Below the pieces are notes generated by a model, which was given only the letters and a program-made list of their open reading frames with translations, was not told the origin of the DNA and did not search any database. Source: Sedimentisphaerales bacterium (lineage in GTDB: Bacteria; Planctomycetota; Phycisphaerae; Sedimentisphaerales; SM23-30). Taken from it: a stretch of 64,000 nucleotides of DNA. Within the stretch, counting starts at the first letter, position 1. Every line of letters starts with the position of its first letter. Positions 30,870 to 39,549 of this stretch are shown here, one piece after another. A program made the position numbers and the translations under genes. The DNA lies in assembly GCA_963666285.1 (NCBI GenBank), contig OY762711.1; one strand, given 5' to 3'.

Positions 30870-31411
30870 TGAGATATTTCCTGGAACCCTAATGATCTTC
30901 GGACACAGCGTAATAGACTGCCGTGTATAGAGGCAAACCTGCGGTATATCTGGTAGACAGACAAACCTGTACGGTCGGATATTATCTGGGTAGCTAATCC
31001 ATCCTGGTATTTAAGCTCGACAAACTTTCGCTGTTCCGGACTCAACTTGCCGACACATTTCTTTAATGCATCAATCCTGCTCTGTACATCTACCGTCCTA
31101 CTCTGACTTTCTTCGGCCAGAGTCTCAATAATTTCATCATCAAGTGGAATAACAAGTTTTTTCTTTTTACGATATTTCAGGACTTGAAACTTAGCGATTG
31201 TAAGAGCCCATGACACAAAATCAGTGCCGGCCATATATGATACCCTCTTATTCCAGATCACTGTCGAAACCTCTTGCATTATATCATCTGCATCTGAATG
31301 ATTGGCTACCAGGCTTATTATAAATGCATATATCCGGTAATGATTCTTAGTCAAGAGATTGACTATTGCGGTATCATTTGGGTTTGTATTATTTAAGTTA
31401 TTGTTTTCCAT
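30866..31411 (-). CDS. ECF sigma-70 factor (planctomycete/verrucomicrobial type)
   Basis: IYAFI.SLV..DADDIMQE..W..GTDFVSWA..IAKFQVL; ALKKCVGKL region 4. Confidence 0.92.
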   Translation of the reverse strand: MENNNLNNTNPNDTAIVNLLTKNHYRIYAFIISLVANHSDADDIMQEVSTVIWNKRVSYMAGTDFVSWALTIAKFQVLKYRKKKKLVIPLDDEIIETLAEESQSRTVDVQSRIDALKKCVGKLSPEQRKFVELKYQDGLATQIISDRTGLSVYQIYRRFASIHGSLLRCVRRSLGFQEISQ

Positions 31412-31727
31412 ACAGTTATATGTCGTCTCAATATGCCTCTTTGTATAAATATCGCTGATATTCTTTCTCTATAAGCAAATATCCAAATTTAAAACCATTT
31501 GCGATAAAAATATAAAAATTATGATAAATTCAAAAAGTTCGAAAGATATCAAAAGATATGACTTTCCAGAAAAGAAAATTACCGCCAAAACACATAAAAC
31601 CATAAATACTTATTACAACACAACTTAAAAAAACCTTTCACATGAATTCCTTATTATATATGTATATTAATTTATTTTTTATTACAATTTTGAGCCTCAT
31701 TACTTATATCCCTTGTAAGAGGTCTTA

Positions 31728-32264
31728 ATGAATAAAAACAAACATAGCAACAGGAAAGATCAGATTGACAGTCCTCACGACTTTATGAAGTTATATATGG
31801 CTGTTCAGCCAAGGCTTTATGGTTTCATAATGAGTATGATACATAAATGGAACGATGCTGAGGATGTTATGCAGGAAACTTTATCAGTAATGTGGCGTAA
31901 GTTCGACCAGTTTGAAGATGGTACAGATTTTGCCGCATGGGGGCTTGCCATAGCACGATATCAGGTTATGTCCTATTATCAGCGTCAAAAAAATCTCAAA
32001 CTGAGATTTAGCGACCAGACCATAGATTTACTGGTAGAACAAGCAACTGCCAAAGAAGAAAGAGATAATGCCTTTATTGATGCCCTGAAAGAATGTGTTT
32101 CCAGGCTGCCGGAAAAAGACAGATCACTCTTGGAGCTTAGATACGAAATTGGCTCTGGGGTAAAGGATATTGCTGTCAGATTCAACCGCGGCATCAATGC
32201 AATATACAAAAGTCTGGGCAGAGTCCACAACATGCTGCTAATCTGCGTTAGAAGCAAAGTCTAA
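31728..32264 (+). CDS. ECF sigma-70 factor (planctomycete/verrucomicrobial type)
   Basis: LYGFI..DAEDVMQE..W.KFDQFEDGTDFAAW..IARYQV; ALKECVSRL..LLELRY. Confidence 0.92.
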   Translation: MNKNKHSNRKDQIDSPHDFMKLYMAVQPRLYGFIMSMIHKWNDAEDVMQETLSVMWRKFDQFEDGTDFAAWGLAIARYQVMSYYQRQKNLKLRFSDQTIDLLVEQATAKEERDNAFIDALKECVSRLPEKDRSLLELRYEIGSGVKDIAVRFNRGINAIYKSLGRVHNMLLICVRSKV

Positions 32265-32279
32265 TACTACAACAACATA

Positions 32280-33989
32280 ATGAATAATAAATCTGAAAAC
32301 AATAAAGAATTACTAAAGCTTCTTAATGAATTAAGAGAGCAGGTAATTACAGAAGAAGGCTTCAAGCGATTGGAAGAAATTATCGCTGCCGATGCTTCTT
32401 CGCGTGAAATATATCTTGACTATTATAAGATATGTGGTTTTTTGCATACTTTTCAATTAGCTAAGCATGGTTCTTTGGTCCAAATGTCAGATGATGACCT
32501 ATCTGCCGAAAGCCCGGACATGTCGAAAGATATTCTGCTTAAGCTGTTATCCTGTGCAGAAGAAACTGCTCCCGAAGTAGAAATTGAAGATAATATTGAG
32601 CCTGAAAGTGATATTATTGAAACCATTCCTGAGCGTTCCGGTAAACCGAATAAGTTTTTTCGCATTTATAACTCGATCGTTTCAGTAGCTGCCGTTCTCA
32701 TGATTTTATTTATTATTTATGCCAACATATTCCCTCCTCAACTTACCAAAGAAGTAGCCACGGTTAAAGATCAGTTACAGGTAGAATGGAATACTTCATC
32801 TGCCAGGCTAACAAACGATGAAAGAATTTTAACGAATCAGGCTCCTTATGAACTGAAAAAAGGAATTATACAGATTGCCTACGACCAGAACGTTGATGTT
32901 GTCATCGAAGGGCCTGCTAAATTCCAGTTTGAAAGGGCCGGAATATTCCTGGAATACGGCAGCCTCTACAGTATGGTCTCTGAATCGGGAATCGGTTTCA
33001 GAGTTGACACACCAACATGCCAGTTTATCGACCTTGGCACCGAGTTTGGCATAAAAGCTGACAACGATGGTTCCTCCGAAATGCATGTTGTTAAAGGTAA
33101 GGTACAGATGCACGCTGAAGGTAATTCCGGATTCAAAACGGTAAGGGAGTTTAATGCCAGCCGATATAATGTTAAATGTGGAGTGGTTAATGATATCCCA
33201 TTTAATCCGGAAAATTTCGTCCGATACATCAAGTCGAAAAACGACATCATCTTACGCGGCAAAATGTGTGTCGATCTAGCTGATTTCGTTGGCGGCGGAA
33301 ATGGGTTTGGGGCCGGTCTGTCAGGTGGTGGAATTGACCTGGAAACCGGAAAATTCAACGCTAGATATGTCCGCTATGGCCGAATGCACATTGCCGAAAA
33401 AGCTATCTGGTCACCTGTCCCTTCCAATTCTTTCGTTGACAGTGTATTTGTTGTCGACGGCAGCAAGGGGCCGCAAACTGTTAGCACCCATGGACATCAA
33501 TTTGAGTTCCCAAAGACAGATAGACGATTCCATCATGATATTTTTTATTCTGCTTCTGCCCAGACAATGTTACCGGCTGACGAAATGGCAGATGATGAAA
33601 ATCAAACAGAAAAAATGACACTTGACGGCATAAGTTATGGTGTCGAAAATCACCCTGCTTTGTTTATTCATGCTCCGTCAGGCATCACCTTTGATCTGAC
33701 TGCTATACGAGAAAGCCTGCCGGGGCTAGAGATTTGTCGTTTTCAATCCGTTGTCGGAATACCAGATTCTGAACGTGAAGACGCTACTATAGATATTATT
33801 GTTCTTGTCGATGGCATTTCTGTTTTCCAACAGAAACATTACACTGTTGATGATTCTTCAATTGAGCTGGACATACCTATTACACCTGAAAGCAGGTTCC
33901 TTACTTTAGCTGTCACCGACGGCGGTGATGGTGCCTGGTGGGACTTATGCGCCTTTGGGGAACCCAATCTGAAATTATCGAATAAATAA
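32280..33989 (+). CDS. FecR-domain anti-sigma factor with C-terminal NPCBM/NEW2-like domain
   Basis: One TM; VIEGPA..FIDLGTEFG..HVVKGKV; C-terminal IHAPSGITFDL..F.SVVG..VLVDG..FLTLAVTDGGDG..D...GEP. Confidence 0.85.
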   Translation: MNNKSENNKELLKLLNELREQVITEEGFKRLEEIIAADASSREIYLDYYKICGFLHTFQLAKHGSLVQMSDDDLSAESPDMSKDILLKLLSCAEETAPEVEIEDNIEPESDIIETIPERSGKPNKFFRIYNSIVSVAAVLMILFIIYANIFPPQLTKEVATVKDQLQVEWNTSSARLTNDERILTNQAPYELKKGIIQIAYDQNVDVVIEGPAKFQFERAGIFLEYGSLYSMVSESGIGFRVDTPTCQFIDLGTEFGIKADNDGSSEMHVVKGKVQMHAEGNSGFKTVREFNASRYNVKCGVVNDIPFNPENFVRYIKSKNDIILRGKMCVDLADFVGGGNGFGAGLSGGGIDLETGKFNARYVRYGRMHIAEKAIWSPVPSNSFVDSVFVVDGSKGPQTVSTHGHQFEFPKTDRRFHHDIFYSASAQTMLPADEMADDENQTEKMTLDGISYGVENHPALFIHAPSGITFDLTAIRESLPGLEICRFQSVVGIPDSEREDATIDIIVLVDGISVFQQKHYTVDDSSIELDIPITPESRFLTLAVTDGGDGAWWDLCAFGEPNLKLSNK

Positions 33990-34118
33990 AAGTATCCGCT
34001 CTATTTGTTACGAGCTGAAACATCATTATAGCTATAGGAGGGTATTGTTATCATTAAAAACACCTTATCGTATTTTAAATGCAAATGTTACTGTTATTTC
34101 TATTTGAGAGGTCAAAAA

Positions 34119-36383
34119 ATGAAAAGAATTTTATTAGTATTAGTACTATTGTGGATTGCTGCTGCTGCCGATGCAAAAACTGTTGCATGGTGGAATTTTG
34201 AAGACGGAACTGACGAATCTGCCTTTTATCAAATGCCGAATGGCGGGTCCGTGGGTTTAATAAATGATATTACAATGTTTTGCGAAGGCGAAAGCGGCCC
34301 GGAGTTCTCCTCGGAAACTTTCTCCGGCACTGGCATAAGCGCTCATGTCTCAACTTCTGAAGAACAGGCCGGGTACACTACCGACGCAACCTTAAACACA
34401 TGGTCACCGCTCGAATGGACCATTGAAATTTCATTCCGCATGACCAGCAGCTATAGTTCCAGCTATAAAACACTTATTGGCCGCGATGGTACTGCTTATG
34501 AAGATTCTGATGCCGCTACTTTCTATTTCCAGAGAAGAGGCAGCAGTTCCGGCAACTACGCTTTACGGTTGAGTTATGCCATCGCAGAAGGAGAGCATGT
34601 TGAATGTCTTTCCTCTTTTATACCTTTACAGGAACAGTGGTATCATGCCGCTATTGTTTGCGATGGGCTGCAGGTCAGAATGTATGTCGATAGCCTCGAC
34701 GGAACCGGTTATCAATTAATTCAGTCAACCGATCTTGACACATCGAAAGACAATCGCCTGCTTGTACCTAATGACGGTGATGGCGGTAGCTGGACTTTTG
34801 GGCGTGGCTGGTATGGTGATGAAGCTACGGATTTTTGCTCGGCTTACTTAGACGATATCCGCTTTTCTGACGAAGCTCTTAATCCAACACAATTTATTCA
34901 TTCTTATGGTTCCGCCTGGAAACCAACACCAACAGACGGTACCAAAAACTATGGCTCGATTGCTGCTGATGAAACTGTCGCTGCCAATTTATCATGGAAT
35001 ACCGGATTGGACTCTGTTGAACCAAGTCAAACTAATTCTGAAATTATAACACATTACGTATACATAAGTGAAGATCAGAATATCTCGAACGATCCAAACG
35101 TCTACTATTTCGATGAAGTACCCGCTACCGGCGAAACTGCAGTAATTACTCTGACTGGCCTGAATTATGACGGGCTCTATCTATGGCGTATCGATGAAGG
35201 AATAAATGATGGCAGTGGAAACGCTTATCCGATTGGCAATACCAACAATCTGGTTGGAAAAGTATGGCAATTTGGCTCGCTGCTTTCTGTTCCCGTGATT
35301 ACGCTTCAGCCTGAATACCAAATGGTTGAAGCCGGGCAGACAGCTGTTTTCAATGTCGAAGCACAAAGCATATCAACTGTTCAGTATCAATGGTACAAAT
35401 CTGACAACAATATCATTGATGATGCGGACCAGCCTATCGGCCAACCTGCACTGTCGGGCGAACTGACATTGACAAACGTATCTGTTTCGGACGAAAGCTA
35501 TTACTACTGTATGGCCTTTAACGACGGCGGCATCGAATGTTCCAGCTATTCCGACGTAGCCCGACTGGTTATTCCTCGACAACTGGCACTTCTATCAATG
35601 GACCAGCTCAACGGCACCACATCGCCGGATACTCTCGGAAATTATGATTTGACCATCATGAATGACTCTTGGGAAAATTATCTGCCGACTTTAACTGATG
35701 GCTTCAACGAACAAAACGGCAGCAGTATGCTCTTTGACAACTGGGAAGATCCAAATTATTATGGCCAGTATGCTCAATTCGAGCCTGGAATCGTAAGTTA
35801 TGAAAGCATTACAATTGCTATGTGGGTATACTGGAAAGGTGGCGAAACCTACCAGCACATCTTCGACTTTGCCGGCAGTTCAACCGAGTATATGTATATC
35901 ACCCCGGAATCCGATGATGACGAACTGCATTTCTCTATCAAAAACAATGACAGCTCGCAGTATCTTGACGCACCTGCAATAACTCCTGACCAGTGGACTC
36001 ATATTGCCTTAACAATTGACGGCATAAATACAACTGGTTGCCTATATGTCAATGGTGAACTCAAGGATACCAATACAAGTATGACATACCGGCCTGTTGA
36101 TTTTATGCCGACTTCAAACAATCTTGCAATGTGCAGCTGGGCAGGAGACCCGATGTTCTACGGCATGATAGATAATGTACAGATATTCAATTATGCTGTT
36201 GACGAAATGGATATTGCCAGACTGTTCATCACCGATGCTCCTGATAAATCTGTCTGTGTCCAGTCAATTAAACCTGATGGCACATTCGACTTCAATGACG
36301 ACTGTATCATTAACATCGAAGATTTTGCCATCTTCGCCGCCCAATGGCTCGATTGTTCGCTGCTGCCGGATTGTATCCAGTAG
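34119..36383 (+). CDS. Secreted LamG + Fn3-like + Ig + LamG protein with dockerin-like C-terminus
   Basis: MKRILL start after GAGAGG; AWWNFEDG; AWKPTP..LSW..YLWRID; DESYYYC; WTHIALT; FDFNDDCIINIEDFAIFAAQWLDC. Confidence 0.85.
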   Translation: MKRILLVLVLLWIAAAADAKTVAWWNFEDGTDESAFYQMPNGGSVGLINDITMFCEGESGPEFSSETFSGTGISAHVSTSEEQAGYTTDATLNTWSPLEWTIEISFRMTSSYSSSYKTLIGRDGTAYEDSDAATFYFQRRGSSSGNYALRLSYAIAEGEHVECLSSFIPLQEQWYHAAIVCDGLQVRMYVDSLDGTGYQLIQSTDLDTSKDNRLLVPNDGDGGSWTFGRGWYGDEATDFCSAYLDDIRFSDEALNPTQFIHSYGSAWKPTPTDGTKNYGSIAADETVAANLSWNTGLDSVEPSQTNSEIITHYVYISEDQNISNDPNVYYFDEVPATGETAVITLTGLNYDGLYLWRIDEGINDGSGNAYPIGNTNNLVGKVWQFGSLLSVPVITLQPEYQMVEAGQTAVFNVEAQSISTVQYQWYKSDNNIIDDADQPIGQPALSGELTLTNVSVSDESYYYCMAFNDGGIECSSYSDVARLVIPRQLALLSMDQLNGTTSPDTLGNYDLTIMNDSWENYLPTLTDGFNEQNGSSMLFDNWEDPNYYGQYAQFEPGIVSYESITIAMWVYWKGGETYQHIFDFAGSSTEYMYITPESDDDELHFSIKNNDSSQYLDAPAITPDQWTHIALTIDGINTTGCLYVNGELKDTNTSMTYRPVDFMPTSNNLAMCSWAGDPMFYGMIDNVQIFNYAVDEMDIARLFITDAPDKSVCVQSIKPDGTFDFNDDCIINIEDFAIFAAQWLDCSLLPDCIQ

Positions 36384-36422
36384 CTGTTATCCACAATTCT
36401 GATTATTATGTAAACCAACATT

Positions 36423-36457
36423 CCGCTGGCAGCTTTACCCCTGCCGGCGGTTTTTTT
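36423..36457 (+). terminator. Intrinsic terminator of the right ECF cassette
   Basis: CCGCTGGCAG..CTGCCGGCGG followed by T7. Confidence 0.85.
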
Positions 36458-36605
36458 ATTTATCAATCCAACTCAACCGTTACCCATGTCCTGAACGAAC
36501 CGGTTTTAATCTCTCTCTTCTCCCTTCTTTCTTCTAACTCTTCTCATCCTTCAGGTGCCGCAATTTTAATTTAAACTTTACTTACGCGTAAGCTTAAAAA
36601 TGTGT

Positions 36606-36745
36606 TGTGGGCCGTTAGGCGAACACCTCAATTCTTCACTTTTCATTATTCATTTTTCACTTAATTGGCCCTGTCCTGGCCTTTGCGTATAACGTTGAAC
36701 AGCCAAAAGTGTGCCATGCATATGATGCAAAGCATAAACCGCACA
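36606..36745 (+). repeat. Dispersed ~140-bp repeat, family B
   Basis: Inverted copy of 8059-8195. Confidence 0.8.
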
Positions 36746-37163
36746 CTAATTAACCCAACAATGCTTAGCAGAACCTTTGACCAAACCAATACTGGAAGAC
36801 ATAGGGCATAAAACCTGATATTTTTTAACACTATAGTTCTATTTTCACTAACAGAGTTCCAAAAAAAACAATAGCTATATAACCAACATACAAAAAAAAC
36901 AGACAATCAAAGAACAACCCTAAAATATCATTACGCAACACCTACATCTCCTCATATCACCATGATACACATACACTTACACCAACCAATCTTAACAAGC
37001 TTAATAAAACCCTCACAACATCCTTTTCTATATCCCAGATAAATATAATTGAAGTAGCGGTAAAAAAAACATGAAAATAACTTGTATTTTACACGCAAAA
37101 CTGTATCGTATAGACTCATTCGTATATTTCATTTTCAATACTGTAAAAAGGAGATTATTATCA

Positions 37164-37439
37164 ATGTTGCATGAACCCGCAGCCCAATCCAAAAGTGACC
37201 CTGCATCTGGCTTTAAAGTATCACTTGGCGCCTGGATGTTTCTGTTCTACGCTATTATCTACATCGGTTTTGTAGCTATAAATGTAAGCAAACCTGTCTT
37301 AATGGAAAAAATCGTATTCCTTGGATTAAACCTTGCAGTTGTCTACGGCTTTGGCCTTATCATCTTCGCCATGATTCTGGCTCTTATATACAACGCCTTG
37401 TGCACCGCAAAGGAAAAAGAACTTGAAGGCAAAGAATAG
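37164..37439 (+). CDS. DUF485 (YjcH-like) small membrane protein
   Basis: Two TMs, GLNLAVVYGFGLI; directly upstream of an ActP-type symporter; start MLHEPAA after AGGAG. Confidence 0.85.
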   Translation: MLHEPAAQSKSDPASGFKVSLGAWMFLFYAIIYIGFVAINVSKPVLMEKIVFLGLNLAVVYGFGLIIFAMILALIYNALCTAKEKELEGKE

Positions 37440-37513
37440 CAGTTCTTCAATCAACACTTCTTTTATTTTTTACTCAAATAAAACCACTTATATTGACAGG
37501 AGTTCCATATAAC

Positions 37514-39454
37514 ATGTATATACTAGCTGAAATATCAACTTTGGCTGTAATAATCTTTGCAGTCTTTGTAGGATTCGTTCTTTTCCTCAGTTTTTACCTT
37601 GGCAGCAAGGCCAAATCTTCCAGCGGATACTTTGCTGCCGGCGGCCAGATACACTGGTGCGTAAACGGTATCAGTTTTGCCGGAGACTACCTCTCTGCCG
37701 CTTCTTTCCTTGGTATCTGCGGCATGATCGCTACCATGGGTTATGATGGTTTTCTTTACTCTATAGGATACCTCGCCGGCTGGATCGTAGCTCTGTTCGT
37801 TGTTGCTGAGCCAATGAAAAAACTAGGAAAATACACTTTTACCGATGCTCTGGATTCCAAGTACAACTCAAAAGGCATCCAGCTTATCGCCGCTATCAGT
37901 ACACTTGTTGTTTCAGTTTTCTACCTTATACCGCAGATGGTTGGTGCCGGAGCCCTGGTTACACCGTTACTTGGTTTCCCACACTGGATTGGCGTATCAA
38001 TGGTAGGAATAATCGTTATTACTATTGTCGCCACCGCCGGCATGGCATCCACAACCTATGTACAGTTCCTTAAAGGGTCTCTGCTTATCGTATTTTCGAT
38101 TATACTGGTTATATGCACCCTTAATCGCGGCTTTACCACAGAACCTAAAGTCGGCGGCATTGAAGACTTCTACAAATACAAATCAATCGAAGCCTCCATT
38201 ACCGATGGTAAAGTCACTCCTGCCGATTCTTCATATTCTGTCACAAAAGAAGCTCACGAAAAAACTAAAGACGGTAAAAAAGGTAAAACATTTTTAAAAA
38301 TGGAAAAAGACGGCATTCAAGGTTGGTGGCTCGCTCTTGAAAAAGACGGGGTTGTCACATTAGAAGAAACTCAATGGGTAACTACTAACTCTGATGCCAC
38401 AAAAATCATCAATGGGGCCCCCGAATCAGAAGAAAACCAGCTCCGCCCTGTCGGCAACTGCGAAAAAATACTTGGAAAATCAGGCGACGAAGTTAAACAG
38501 GGAAGCGTTGGTATCTTTGAATTTCTTTCTATCATGGCAAGCAAAGACACTATCGTAAGAAGATGGGGCACAATGCCAGGTGCCGGCCTGGAAGGAATTG
38601 ATGAAGATACTAAAATTTACTATCCAATCTATTCAGCAGGTAACGAAATTATGCGGCCGGGACAGAAATTCAAGGTACAAGGTACCCCTCTGCAAAAGCT
38701 AAACTTCATTTCGCTTATGTTAGCTTTATTCTGCGGTACCGCCGCATTACCTCATATACTCATACGTTATTACACTGTTCCTTCACCTGCCTGTGCCCGT
38801 AAATCTACTATCGTAGCTATCGGCTCAATCGGCCTGTTCTATATCCTGACCCTGTTCATGGGGCTTGGAGCTATGACAAACTGCGTAATCAATCTGGAAA
38901 GCAGCAACATGTCTGCACCCCTGCTTGCCAAGTCATTTGGCACTTTCCTGTTCGCCGTTATCTCTGCTGTAGCGTTTGCTACTGTACTTGGTACCGTTTC
39001 TGGTCTGATAGTTGCTTCTTCCGGAGCTATCGCTCATGATTTCATGGACAGATTTATGGCCATTAAAATGGAAGACAAGCAAAAAGTATGGGCTGGAAAA
39101 TTAGCGGCCTTTGCTGTTGGTATTGTCGCCATTATTCTCGGCATAGCCTTCAAAGGCATGAACGTCTCATTCCTTGTCGGCTGGGCCTTTGCCGTTGCCG
39201 CTTCTGCTAATCTACCGGCTATCATAATGATGCTCTTCTGGAAAAAAACTACCGCAAAGGGAATTATAGCATCTGTTCTGGTTGGTATGGTTTCTGCTCT
39301 TACTATTATCCTGCTATCACCATCCATGTTCGAAAGATACGGATTACCAAAAGCTGATGCAGTAATACCACTGGACAACCCTGGCATAATCTCAATTCCG
39401 CTTAGCTTTATCGCTCTGGTAATTGTATCTCTTATGACCCAGAAAAAAGATTAG
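37514..39454 (+). CDS. actP: Cation/acetate symporter ActP-like (SSS family)
   Basis: NGISFAGDYLSAASFLG, YLIPQMVGAG, GTAALPHILIRYYTVP..ARKS, AFAVAASANLP. Confidence 0.85.
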   Translation: MYILAEISTLAVIIFAVFVGFVLFLSFYLGSKAKSSSGYFAAGGQIHWCVNGISFAGDYLSAASFLGICGMIATMGYDGFLYSIGYLAGWIVALFVVAEPMKKLGKYTFTDALDSKYNSKGIQLIAAISTLVVSVFYLIPQMVGAGALVTPLLGFPHWIGVSMVGIIVITIVATAGMASTTYVQFLKGSLLIVFSIILVICTLNRGFTTEPKVGGIEDFYKYKSIEASITDGKVTPADSSYSVTKEAHEKTKDGKKGKTFLKMEKDGIQGWWLALEKDGVVTLEETQWVTTNSDATKIINGAPESEENQLRPVGNCEKILGKSGDEVKQGSVGIFEFLSIMASKDTIVRRWGTMPGAGLEGIDEDTKIYYPIYSAGNEIMRPGQKFKVQGTPLQKLNFISLMLALFCGTAALPHILIRYYTVPSPACARKSTIVAIGSIGLFYILTLFMGLGAMTNCVINLESSNMSAPLLAKSFGTFLFAVISAVAFATVLGTVSGLIVASSGAIAHDFMDRFMAIKMEDKQKVWAGKLAAFAVGIVAIILGIAFKGMNVSFLVGWAFAVAASANLPAIIMMLFWKKTTAKGIIASVLVGMVSALTIILLSPSMFERYGLPKADAVIPLDNPGIISIPLSFIALVIVSLMTQKKD

Positions 39455-39476
39455 CCTGCATAATAACTAATTTCAT

Positions 39477-39518
39477 AAAAAAACGACTATGGGCTTTAAG
39501 CCTGTAGTCGTTTTTTTT
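39477..39518. terminator. Bidirectional intrinsic terminator
   Basis: A7-CGACTATGGGCT..AGCCTGTAGTCG-T8 between convergent genes. Confidence 0.85.
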
Positions 39519-39549
39519 GATATACAAATTGTTCAACACTTATATGAAT

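Noticed and set aside
31412..31727. Shared ECF promoter motif TACAA..AC(A/T)TATA upstream of both sigma genes
   Set aside because: Spacing differs (17 versus 14 nt) and the region is AT-rich; insufficient support.
36661..36906. 81-aa minus-strand ORF
   Set aside because: Overlaps repeat family B and low-complexity DNA; no RBS or motif.
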